From contig JAYUEN010000358.1 of NCBI GenBank assembly GCA_043739185.1, forward strand, positions 1 through 35,869: DNA of 35,869 nucleotides, read 5' to 3'. The notes under the pieces are model-generated. The model did no database searches, was not told where the DNA came from, and saw nothing but the letters and a program-made list of their open reading frames with translations. This document shows, piece by piece, positions 1 through 8,094 of the stretch; position 1 is the first letter of the stretch, and each line of letters opens with the position of its first letter. The position numbers and the translations under genes are program-made. The stretch comes from Bdellovibrionales bacterium (GTDB lineage: Bacteria > Bdellovibrionota > Bdellovibrionia > Bdellovibrionales > JAMPXM01).

Positions 1-77
1 ACTGCGGACAAAGTCCGCGGTGTTCGCAATATCGATAATTCGCGAGCTCAAAAGATAAATGTAATGAAACAAAAAAG

Positions 78-150
78 TGGAGATAACAGGGATCGAACCT
101 GCGACCTGAAACATGCCATGCTTCCGCTCTCCCAGCTGAGCTATATCCCC
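78..150 (-). tRNA. tRNA-Ala (anticodon GGC)
   Basis: Reverse complement GGGGATATAGCTCAGCTGGGAGAGCGGAAGCATGGCATGTTTCAGGTCGCAGGTTCGATCCCTGTTATCTCCA folds as a cloverleaf. It has the G3:U70 Ala identity pair, anticodon loop ATGGCAT and T-loop TTCGATC. The full CCA end is not encoded. Confidence 0.96.
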
Positions 151-332
151 ATAGTGTGAAAATTGATCAAGCAATGCGTGATTGATCAGCTCTAATGTAT
201 TTAACTTGCTGCAAAAATCAAGAATTATATTGCGCGAGGTCCTTGATTTAGGCTCAAATTGAATTTGCAGACAAGGATCAACTTCGAAGGAGCTAGAATT
301 TGCGAAATCAGGCACACTTAATTGGCATTTTA

Positions 333-815
333 ATGAGAGTTGGCGTTTGTCTCTTGGTATTATTTATGGCTCATCATGCTTCCGCCAAAGATATGACCAA
401 TCGCTTAGGCGTTGGTTATAAAAATCAATTTGTAAACGATATTCCGAGTGTCGCAGCTCAATATTATCCTTCGGCAGATATTGGTTTTTCAGCTGCCCTA
501 GGTGTAGATACTCAGCAAAATCAATCGAAGTTTGGTTTTGTGGGCAAAGTAATGCGCATCATTTTTACCGAAGAAAATATGAATTTTTATATGGGTGCTG
601 GCGGTGGACTCTTAAGCAATCAAACCAGTGCCTCTTCGACTGATTCTGGCTTTGAGCTCAACGGTTTTGTTGGTGGTGAATTTTTCTTGCATGGTCTTGA
701 TAGTTTAGGTTTTACCTTTGAAGCCGGCGTGGGTATTTCTTCAATGTCGAGTGGGGTACGCTTTCGCACATTTGGAGACTCGCCAATACGTGGCGGAATT
801 ATTTTTTACTTCTAA
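333..815 (+). CDS. Small outer-membrane beta-barrel protein
   Basis: Signal peptide (MRVGVCLLVLFMAHHASA-K), amphipathic Gly/aromatic strands and C-terminal IIFYF BAM signature. The ATG at 333 is preferred over the TTG at 300. Confidence 0.7.
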   Translation: MRVGVCLLVLFMAHHASAKDMTNRLGVGYKNQFVNDIPSVAAQYYPSADIGFSAALGVDTQQNQSKFGFVGKVMRIIFTEENMNFYMGAGGGLLSNQTSASSTDSGFELNGFVGGEFFLHGLDSLGFTFEAGVGISSMSSGVRFRTFGDSPIRGGIIFYF

Positions 816-1906
816 AGATTTTGACTCCAAAAAATAATTGCTCGCTCAGTGAATACCTGAAGCTTGCGCTCATTCATCAATGAATTATATTGAGCCGAAT
901 AAGTGGCGGAGAATTCTCTTTCCGCATATCTTATTTTCGCAGTCACCTCAGCTTCAGACGTCTTTTCAAGTGAGAGTTGGAGGCTGTCTTTCTGCAAATA
1001 TGCGGGCGCGGAGTCGCAACTAATAAGAATTGCTTTGTGACTACGAAGCTCAGGAATTATTCTTTGCAGTAAGATTCCTCCCGTAACCGGATCGTATATT
1101 TCAATGCGTTTATAAGGCGTAAGTTTTAAGAACAGACCATCTAAAATGTCTTCGCCATTTTTGCAGATCGTACAATCTATAAGTGCAGAATCAATTTTAT
1201 CAATATAGTTTTGGGCTTTTGGGAGTTCGGACTGCAGGCAAGAGAATTTGACCTCAACGTATGGCAGGTGAACCCGGTAGCCAATTTCATAGCCTGAGTC
1301 TGAAGCGATATTTTCAATGCGTTCGGCAATTTGACTTTCGCCAAAACCCATCGTGTCCCATGAGAAGCTCAGATGCTTGTCTGTTTTTTTTGAAAGTCTT
1401 TCAATATCGTCAGCGATGAAGTCCTGCCAAATGGCTGAAATTTCTCTTGGCGGTCCCGGCAAAACATAAAGTTGTTTATTCTTGGTTTTTAAGTAAAACG
1501 CATTTGCGGTTCCTTGAGAATTTGTCAGAACACGTGCGCCTTTAGGAAAATAACACTGCTGGCGCTGAATTTCTTTTACGGGATATCCTCTAGAGCTTAA
1601 ACGCTCATTGATATGTTGCCAGGAGGATTCATTGAATTCGAGATCAAGACCGCTCCACTTTGCGATCAAATCTCTGGTGAAATCATCTGAAGTGGGACCG
1701 AGTCCGCCAGTTACGAAGATGAGTTCGGCTCTCTTTGCGCAAAACTCTAAGCCTTCTAAAATGAGGTTGCGATCATCAGGTACGGTCAAATGCATAGATG
1801 TGAGAAATCCTTGTGCTTTCAATTTTTCAGAAATCCAAGCAGCGTTACGATTTACAATTTGGCCGTAGGTGAGTTCGGTACCAACGGCTAGGATGGCTGA
1901 TTTCAT
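812..1906 (-). CDS. cinA: CinA-like competence/damage-inducible protein (MoCF-biosynthesis-type domain, degenerate C-terminus)
   Basis: Motifs ILAVGTEL..GQIVNRNA, TGGLGPTSDDFT, NSQGTA, LPGPPRE and GFGESQI. Confidence 0.85.
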   Translation of the reverse strand: MKSAILAVGTELTYGQIVNRNAAWISEKLKAQGFLTSMHLTVPDDRNLILEGLEFCAKRAELIFVTGGLGPTSDDFTRDLIAKWSGLDLEFNESSWQHINERLSSRGYPVKEIQRQQCYFPKGARVLTNSQGTANAFYLKTKNKQLYVLPGPPREISAIWQDFIADDIERLSKKTDKHLSFSWDTMGFGESQIAERIENIASDSGYEIGYRVHLPYVEVKFSCLQSELPKAQNYIDKIDSALIDCTICKNGEDILDGLFLKLTPYKRIEIYDPVTGGILLQRIIPELRSHKAILISCDSAPAYLQKDSLQLSLEKTSEAEVTAKIRYAEREFSATYSAQYNSLMNERKLQVFTERAIIFWSQNL

Positions 1907-2013
1907 ATTCTTTTAAATTGTCCTAAAAAATTGAATTTATCAAAGCCTAAAATCGATTGCCTCTTGTGTGAGCTGTTAAAAGAGCTTAGTTTTATATGAC
2001 CAAAGGGGATTTG

Positions 2014-3381
2014 ATGAAAATACTTATGACTGGCGCAACCGGCTTGATCGGCAAAAAATTAGGATTGGCACTCGTTAAGCAAGGTCATGAATTGACCATA
2101 ATCTCCCGAGATAAGGTTCGCGCTAAACATGAACTCCCATTTCCGTGCGAAGTATTGGCTGCTGATTTAAATCAGGCGCCTGTTGAAATTAAAAATCCAT
2201 TTGATATTGTAATCAATCTTCTTGGTGAATCTGTGGCTGATGGGCGTTGGACAAAATCACGCAAAGATAGCATTTTGAATTCGAGAGTTATTGGTACCCG
2301 AAATCTCATATCAATGTTAAAATATCCGCCTAAAATGATCATCAGTGCAAATGCAATTGGCTATTACGGAGATCGGGGAGACGAATTATTAAATGAAACC
2401 TCTACTCCCGGAGCTGATTTTTTATCGGAAGTTTGTATCAATTGGCAAAAAGAACATGAACGTGCGCAAGAAAAATTTGGCAATAAAACCAAGCTCGCGA
2501 GTTTGCGAGTTGGACTTGTGCTTTCAAGAAATGGCGGCGCCCTAACCAAAATGTTATTTCCGTTTCGTGTCGGTTTGGGTGGGCCGCTTGCTTCTGGTCG
2601 ACAATATATGAGCTGGATTCATTTAGATGATTTGGTGCAAATGTTTTGCTTCATCATAGAAAAACAGCTTTCGGGGATTTTCAATGCGGTGGCCCCGAAT
2701 CCTGTTACGAATCTTGAATTCTCAAAGACTTTGGCTAGGACCTTGTCGCGGCCTTTGGGGTTTGCGGTTCCGAGGTTTGTTTTAAAGCTTGGGCTTGGCG
2801 AAGTTGCAAACGCAATATTAGAATCACAAAAAGTTTCTAGTGAAAAAATTAGGAAGCTTGGTTTTGAGTTTAGGTTTGATCATATTGAAGCCGCATTTAT
2901 CGATCTATTGACCTCACTGCGTTCAAGCTCTGAGATCTATGAGTTTGAGCAGTTTGTGCCGCAAAGGAAAGACAAAATTTTTGAGTTCTTTTCGCAGGCT
3001 AAAAATCTAGAATGTTTGACGCCAAAAAATTTGAAATTCCATATTAAAAATATGAGTACTCCCGCAATTTGCCTGGGCACACTCATCGATTATCGCCTCA
3101 AAATACGTGGCATACCAGTTGGCTGGCAGACTTTAATCGACGAATGGAATCCAGATTCTCACTTCGTTGATATTCAACTAAAGGGGCCTTATAAGATTTG
3201 GCATCATCGCCACGAATTCATTGATTTGCCCGGAGGAACCTTGGTATGTGACCGCGTTCAGTTTAAACTTCCGGCGGGATTTCTTGGCTGGCTCCTAGCT
3301 GGTTTTTTTGTCCGAGCCGATGTTCAAAAGATTTTTGCTTTTCGCCGTAAGGCCATATTTGAAATGTTTTGCGAAGGCTAG
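2014..3381 (+). CDS. TIGR01777/YfcH-family NAD-dependent epimerase fused to a C-terminal SRPBCC domain
   Basis: TGATGLIG, NAIGYYG and SWIHLDD mark the epimerase. FEFFSQAKNL..TP and FVDIQLKGPYKIWHHRHEF mark the SRPBCC domain. An AAAGGGG RBS precedes the ATG at 2014. Confidence 0.85.
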   Translation: MKILMTGATGLIGKKLGLALVKQGHELTIISRDKVRAKHELPFPCEVLAADLNQAPVEIKNPFDIVINLLGESVADGRWTKSRKDSILNSRVIGTRNLISMLKYPPKMIISANAIGYYGDRGDELLNETSTPGADFLSEVCINWQKEHERAQEKFGNKTKLASLRVGLVLSRNGGALTKMLFPFRVGLGGPLASGRQYMSWIHLDDLVQMFCFIIEKQLSGIFNAVAPNPVTNLEFSKTLARTLSRPLGFAVPRFVLKLGLGEVANAILESQKVSSEKIRKLGFEFRFDHIEAAFIDLLTSLRSSSEIYEFEQFVPQRKDKIFEFFSQAKNLECLTPKNLKFHIKNMSTPAICLGTLIDYRLKIRGIPVGWQTLIDEWNPDSHFVDIQLKGPYKIWHHRHEFIDLPGGTLVCDRVQFKLPAGFLGWLLAGFFVRADVQKIFAFRRKAIFEMFCEG

Positions 3382-3444
3382 ATGATGGTCTAGCCATGCA
3401 AATTATTTTTGACAGCTTTAAATTTGCGGTGCTAGCCTCGACTT

Positions 3445-3816
3445 ATGAAAAACACAAAAATGCATTTAGCTATGGTCGCAATTTTATCAATGCTTTCAGT
3501 TGGTTTTTCAGCACTTGCTGACAATCATCTACAGCCGCAAACTGAACCGCATTCGTCAAAAAGTTCTCGCATATTTGCCAGCGATACAGAGTTCGGATTT
3601 TGTAGTGGCTTTGACTATTACTTTTGTAGTCTCGAAATCACGCGCCGAGCTGAACGTTATGCTTTAGATGATGCCGAGAGACAGTGTACGGCCCAAAAAG
3701 GTAAGCCTGCTCCGGTCGGCGACTGCAGCTCGATTTGTTTTCCCATGTTTATGGAGCCCACCGCCCCATATCAGTCTGTTGATTGCAGCGCCCAGTGCTA
3801 TTTGGATTGCCAGTAG
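3445..3816 (+). CDS. Secreted cysteine-rich hypothetical protein
   Basis: Signal peptide ending ALA-D, and 8 Cys in the last ~70 aa. Confidence 0.7.
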   Translation: MKNTKMHLAMVAILSMLSVGFSALADNHLQPQTEPHSSKSSRIFASDTEFGFCSGFDYYFCSLEITRRAERYALDDAERQCTAQKGKPAPVGDCSSICFPMFMEPTAPYQSVDCSAQCYLDCQ

Positions 3817-3897
3817 CCAGGACATACCTGCTTAGTTTTGGAGGCGCGGCGTATTGAACGCCGTGCGCCTCCAAAACTAAGCAGGTATGTCCTGGCT
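3815..3897. repeat. Palindromic REP/MITE-like element, copy 1
   Basis: Perfect 33-bp arms at 3815-3847 and 3865-3897 contain the core TACCTGCTTAGTTTTGGAGG. The loop has an inner GGCGT/ACGCC stem. Confidence 0.92.
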
Positions 3898-3969
3898 GTC
3901 TAAAGCTTAGACGCTTTGCCAAGCATTTAAATGAACTGCCTGTGAATGAAATTTGCTTCAATATAAGCT

Positions 3970-4620
3970 ATGAAGCAGAAGATATTAGTCTTACGCGATC
4001 CTCAATTAGAAAACCAAAAGTTTCTTAATACAGATAAAAGTTATCGTTTATTTCGTAAGTTAGATGACAGCTTCGAGATTTCAAATGTCTTTGATACAAG
4101 AGAAGCACTTCGCTACTTTCAAGCAAAGAAGCCAGACCTACTAGTATTGAGTTTAGAGAAATTTTTAGTTCAAAAGTTAAGTTCGTTTCAGAAGTTGAGA
4201 ACGCTAATGAATAGGATTCCAATACTCGTTATTTGTGATGATCTCAATCGCGAAGAAAGAATTGAAATCAATCGCATTTCAAATACCTATGCCTTTGAGC
4301 TCGACGCTGAAGAAAGAGATTTAAGGAATTATCTTTTGAGATTTCGATTTCAGAATGCGAAGGCCAGAAACTTCTTACGCTACAAACGTAATCGAGACTT
4401 GAAACTCTATGTCGACAATCGCGAGATTGATGCACAGTTTATTGATTATAGTCAAACGGGTGCGCAGATTCACTATAAGAGCTCGATACTTCATCATAAA
4501 ATGCGGGTGCGCATCGCCTATCATTCTCAATATTCAGAACAGCTGCGACAAATCGAATCTTATGTGATTTGGGCTGGTGGAGAATCACGTGCCGGAATTC
4601 AGTTTCTCGCAGTGCTTTAA
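3970..4620 (+). CDS. PilZ-domain protein with a degenerate receiver-like N-terminus
   Basis: c-di-GMP-binding motifs RxxxR (RNFLR) and DxSxxG (DYSQTG). The N-terminus has REC-like segments (EALRYFQAKKPDLLVL, IPILVI). Confidence 0.75.
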   Translation: MKQKILVLRDPQLENQKFLNTDKSYRLFRKLDDSFEISNVFDTREALRYFQAKKPDLLVLSLEKFLVQKLSSFQKLRTLMNRIPILVICDDLNREERIEINRISNTYAFELDAEERDLRNYLLRFRFQNAKARNFLRYKRNRDLKLYVDNREIDAQFIDYSQTGAQIHYKSSILHHKMRVRIAYHSQYSEQLRQIESYVIWAGGESRAGIQFLAVL

Positions 4621-4677
4621 AATATTAGCAAATATTTTGGTAGCTTCTCGTTCTGAATATTCTTAGAATTGTAATCT

Positions 4678-5424
4678 ATGAATATAAAATATGATTTTAG
4701 TCAGCAGAATATTATCGTTACTGGCGGAGCTTCCGGAATTGGCTTTGAAATTGCCAAGCAATTTTTAACTGGTGGAGCCTTCGTTCATATCTGGGATTAT
4801 TCGGTGAAAGCACTCGAATCAGCCGCGATTGAATTAAGCGAGTATAAAATGAAATTGCAATTTACTGAAGTGAATGTCGCAGACTTAGCTTCTTGTGAGC
4901 AAGCAGCTTCAAAACTTCCGCACGAAGTAGATGTCCTGATCAATAATGCAGGAATCACCCGAGATAAGTCCTTTAAAAAAATGAATTCCGAAGAGTGGGA
5001 TCAAGTCATCGCAACCAATTTAACTGGCGTCTTTAATATTACAAAATCTGTTTTTGACAAATTCAATTCAAAAAGCATTAATAAACGCATCATCAATATT
5101 TCAAGTATCGTAGCCCTCTATGGCAATTTTGGCCAAAGCAATTATGTTGCTAGTAAAGCAGGAGTCATTGGACTTACTAAAACATGGGCCCGTGAATTTG
5201 CAAAATCAGGAATGACCGTCAATGCAATTGCCCCTGGATTCATTGAAACAGCTATGACCAAACAAATGCCTCCAGAAGTGATTTCTTCAATGGTTGAAAA
5301 AGTCCCGACAAAGAGAATGGGGCAAACCAAAGATATTGCCAAGGCTTGTATGTTTCTTGCCAGCCATGATGCTTCATATATCAATGGCATTGTTCTAAGT
5401 GTTGATGGTGGTCTCGTCATTTGA
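4678..5424 (+). CDS. fabG: Short-chain dehydrogenase of the 3-oxoacyl-ACP / acetoacetyl-CoA reductase type
   Basis: Motifs TGGASGIG, NNAGITRD, GNFGQSNYVASK and VNAIAPGFIETAMT. Confidence 0.8.
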   Translation: MNIKYDFSQQNIIVTGGASGIGFEIAKQFLTGGAFVHIWDYSVKALESAAIELSEYKMKLQFTEVNVADLASCEQAASKLPHEVDVLINNAGITRDKSFKKMNSEEWDQVIATNLTGVFNITKSVFDKFNSKSINKRIINISSIVALYGNFGQSNYVASKAGVIGLTKTWAREFAKSGMTVNAIAPGFIETAMTKQMPPEVISSMVEKVPTKRMGQTKDIAKACMFLASHDASYINGIVLSVDGGLVI

Positions 5425-5429
5425 AGTCA

Positions 5430-5445
5430 TGGTTCTTAAATTGCA
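5430..5445 (+). promoter_or_regulatory. Sigma54-like -24/-12 promoter
   Basis: TGGTTCTTAAATTGCA has GG-N10-GC spacing and lies upstream of the GGAGG RBS of the 5472 ORF. Confidence 0.4.
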
Positions 5446-5471
5446 GGCCTTCAACATCTAGGAGGTAGCAA

Positions 5472-5699
5472 ATGAAAGAAGATGATAAAGGGCTTTATAT
5501 TTTCGGGGCATTAGAGCTTGGACTTTTGACAATCGCGGTACTTTTAACTTCATTTATATTTGATAGTTTCAATGTTCCTATACTTATAATCTGTGGCTTC
5601 GTAGGAATTTTAATTTACTTTTTACCAGCTTTGAAAAGAATAAGGCGCCCGAAGCGGCTAAAGGCACTTAAGGCAGCGCCTCCTCGTCACACTTCTTGA
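5472..5699 (+). CDS. Small membrane protein (two TM helices)
   Basis: Strong GGAGGT RBS, two hydrophobic segments and a basic C-terminal tail. Confidence 0.65.
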   Translation: MKEDDKGLYIFGALELGLLTIAVLLTSFIFDSFNVPILIICGFVGILIYFLPALKRIRRPKRLKALKAAPPRHTS

Positions 5700-6133
5700 A
5701 GAACTTGAATGGTGTCGTAGACATTACTTAAGATAGAGCGAAATTTCTCAGTTTTGCTCCAATGTCCTATGATTTTGAAATGATCTAATTTTTCAAGTGT
5801 ATTTATATTCGGGTGATGGGCTGAATATATAACAACTGGGATTTGCTTCTTAGAATTCGCTTTCGGATCTAAGCTCGCTGATTTGTTGGCGTGAACGAGA
5901 GTTTGCATTCCACCCATTTCTGGCATGATCCAGTCAATTACTATTAAATCATAACGATGCATAATGAGTTCTATGATGGCATCGTAGCCATCGCAGACTA
6001 CTTTGGTTTTAAATCCCCATCTACCCAATGAGAATCTCAATAAGCTCACGGATTCGGGGTGATCATCAATGAGTAAGATCTTCTTTTTTTTGCCGAGAGA
6101 AACGGGTGGAAGGGGATGTGATGGGTGTTGCAT
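5687..6133 (-). CDS. Single-domain response regulator receiver
   Basis: ILLIDD, phospho-acceptor DWIMPEMGG, VVIYSA and the conserved Lys. Confidence 0.85.
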   Translation of the reverse strand: MQHPSHPLPPVSLGKKKKILLIDDHPESVSLLRFSLGRWGFKTKVVCDGYDAIIELIMHRYDLIVIDWIMPEMGGMQTLVHANKSASLDPKANSKKQIPVVIYSAHHPNINTLEKLDHFKIIGHWSKTEKFRSILSNVYDTIQVLQEV

Positions 6134-6138
6134 TTTTA

Positions 6139-6480
6139 TTAAAAAGCTCCAACGTCATCGATGATTTGTCTCTCGGATTTGGCTTTGGTGTGTTTTCGGG
6201 TCACAAATTTTCGATCATGAAGATCGGATACTAGTCTTGCAATTTTTCTTTTGGCAAGGCTTAAGCTTGCGAGTGGATTTTGTGCTATGGCTCGACAAAA
6301 AATAGATTCTCGCCATAAGCTAATTCCTATTTTAGTTTCGAAAAGTCTTGGCGATTTTTTGGTGAGAGTTGCGTGAACGCGTGCGTTGTCAGGGAGATTC
6401 AGGCTATCTGTAAAATCTTGATTGATATTATGTACCTGAGATTGAAAATTACGCTCCTTGCTAAATGACTTTGTTTTCAT
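6139..6480 (-). CDS. Hypothetical basic protein, possibly HPF/RaiA-like fold
   Basis: GGAGGTGG RBS precedes the ATG at 6480. The beta-beta-alpha pattern (ATLTKK..LFETKIGI..IFCRAIAQNPLASLSLAKRKI) resembles HPF-family proteins. Confidence 0.5.
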   Translation of the reverse strand: MKTKSFSKERNFQSQVHNINQDFTDSLNLPDNARVHATLTKKSPRLFETKIGISLWRESIFCRAIAQNPLASLSLAKRKIARLVSDLHDRKFVTRKHTKAKSERQIIDDVGAF

Positions 6481-6532
6481 TTCCACCTCCAATTTGTTTA
6501 TGTTGAAATTTCTTTGTCTGACTCTCAGCTAC

Positions 6533-6548
6533 AGCAAGACTTGGACCA
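6533..6548 (-). promoter_or_regulatory. Sigma54-like -24/-12 promoter
   Basis: The minus strand reads TGGTCCAAGTCTTGCT, about 50 bp upstream of the 6480 start. Confidence 0.45.
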
Positions 6549-6763
6549 TCTTTTTTATAAGTGTTTTCGAGCTTTAACTTTGTTTTGAGTCATTCTGACT
6601 CCTGGGGCAGGGAATTTCTGTCTCGTGGCTTTTTTTCTCGCCATTTTTTTATCTGTGTGCGCTTCTCTGTGATGTCGTTTAGTGATTTTGGTGACGCAAC
6701 ACCTCTTAAGCAGGCTCTAAGGTCTAGCTTGAAAAGGTTTTTTTAGAAATCTAATAATTAGAC

Positions 6764-6810
6764 TTGAAGTACGCAAAATGTACGTATAAATTAAGGTACG
6801 GCAAATGTAC
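6764..6810 (+). promoter_or_regulatory. lexA sigma70-type promoter overlapped by two GTAC-N7-GTAC putative operators
   Basis: TTGAAG (6764) - 17 bp - TAAATT (6787). GTACgcaaaatGTAC spans 6769-6783 and GTACggcaaatGTAC spans 6796-6810. Confidence 0.6.
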
Positions 6811-6868
6811 TAGGTCGTTTGCGCGAACCACATCTGTTGATGATTTGCTGGTAATTTCTGGGACGATT

Positions 6869-6930
6869 TTTACAGAGCGACTTTACAGAGCGACTTTACA
6901 GAGAGACTTTACAGGGCGATTTTACAGGAG
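6869..6930 (+). repeat. 13-bp tandem repeat (~4.7 copies) in the lexA leader
   Basis: Units TTTACAGAGCGAC, TTTACAGAGCGAC, TTTACAGAGAGAC, TTTACAGGGCGAT and TTTACAGGAG. The last unit merges into the AGGAGG RBS. Confidence 0.85.
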
Positions 6931-6935
6931 GAGAA

Positions 6936-7526
6936 ATGCAAAGCTTAACGTCAAATCAAAAGAAGATTTTAGATTTCATTGGGCGGCATATTGAAAAAAC
7001 CGGAACAACTCCAACCTATGAATCTATAGCGAAGGCCTTTGGTTACTCGGGTAAATCGAGTGTGCAACACTATATCGAAGTTTTGATCGATAAGGGATAT
7101 CTCACTAAAGAGAAACATCTTTCGCAAAGTTTAAGTGTGCAAAAAGAATCGAATATAATTCCTCTCCTTGGGAAAGTCGCCGCCGGTAAGCCGATCGAGA
7201 ATCGTAAATTTGGAGAGCGTATCGAAGTTCCACGCATGATGCTTAAGGGGCCGGGCGCTTTTTTTGCTTTGCAGGTCGCCGGTGAGTCGATGATCGGTGA
7301 AGGCATATTAGACGGTGATTATGTTGTTATCAAAGAGCAAAATACTGCCAATAACGGCGAAATCATTGTGGCCGAAGTTGATGATGAAGCGACAATTAAA
7401 AGATTTTATAAAAAGCGCGGTCATATTGAGTTGCATTCTGCGAATCCAAATTTCAAGCCTATTCTTATTGCTGAGAATATTGCTTTCAGAATCGCCGGAA
7501 TTTTTTGTGGCTTGATTCGCCTATAA
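6936..7526 (+). CDS. lexA: SOS repressor LexA
   Basis: N-terminal winged HTH (LTSNQKKILDFI..PTYESIA), cleavage site GKVAAG, catalytic Ser (GESM) and catalytic Lys (ATIKRF). Confidence 0.95.
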   Translation: MQSLTSNQKKILDFIGRHIEKTGTTPTYESIAKAFGYSGKSSVQHYIEVLIDKGYLTKEKHLSQSLSVQKESNIIPLLGKVAAGKPIENRKFGERIEVPRMMLKGPGAFFALQVAGESMIGEGILDGDYVVIKEQNTANNGEIIVAEVDDEATIKRFYKKRGHIELHSANPNFKPILIAENIAFRIAGIFCGLIRL

Positions 7527-7572
7527 ACGTCAGTCCTTAAAGAGATGAGATTTTAAAACCAGAAGGGGCCCA

Positions 7573-8094
7573 GTGAAAGCAACAATTGCAGAGCTACGTC
7601 AATTAATCAGAGCTAGCGAGAATCAGCTCAAAGAGAGAAGCAGCTTTTCTCTTTATCAAGATGGTTTTTCGCTTGGCTCGGTTATTGAAATCACAGGGCG
7701 TGGCAAGACTGAATTGATAGTTCAGTTTTTGAACGAGCATCCAGATTATAAGGTTGTATGGGTTGAAAGAGAACTCAGCATTAATCCTTATGCGCTTTTT
7801 CAAAAACAAGTACAACTTCAGAATATTTTGTTTATCGAAGCCAAAAATCAATTGATGTGGAGTCTGACGCAAGCTCTGGGGTCGGGATGTTTTAAAGTAG
7901 TGATCACGGGCGAGACTCAGCTCAATGAAAATGAAATGCGAAGGCTTCAGCTTTTGTCTGAGAAGCATCAGGCGCATTGTTTTATTTTGGGTGAGAAATC
8001 AAATCAGACTTGGATTCCGAGCCTGAAACTTAAAATTATAAAATCAAAAAGTCAGTTGAAAATATCGGTTTTAAAAAAGCGAGGTCTTGCATGA
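7573..8094 (+). CDS. imuA: ImuA-like (RecA/SulA-fold) mutagenesis accessory protein
   Basis: Degenerate P-loop EITGRGKTE, VVWVE and MRRLQLLSE. It lies between lexA and imuB. Confidence 0.75.
   Translation: MKATIAELRQLIRASENQLKERSSFSLYQDGFSLGSVIEITGRGKTELIVQFLNEHPDYKVVWVERELSINPYALFQKQVQLQNILFIEAKNQLMWSLTQALGSGCFKVVITGETQLNENEMRRLQLLSEKHQAHCFILGEKSNQTWIPSLKLKIIKSKSQLKISVLKKRGLA

Noticed and set aside
1..21. Hairpin ACTGCGGAC-aaa-GTCCGCGGT downstream of the tRNA, as a possible terminator or att-linked feature
   Set aside because: It is at the window edge, so any U tract cannot be seen. No integrase or duplicated tRNA 3' end was noticed in the window.
3749..3961. 70-aa minus-strand ORF sharing TCLVLEA with DnaE2
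   Set aside because: The shared peptide is just the translated palindrome. The ORF overlaps a real gene antisense.
6869..6930. Possible CRISPR array
   Set aside because: The units are 13 bp and contiguous with no unique spacers, and no cas genes are present.
6561..6994. Short ORFs 6561-6746 and 6764-6994
   Set aside because: They have no RBS or recognisable motifs, and the second runs across the lexA promoter and repeat array.
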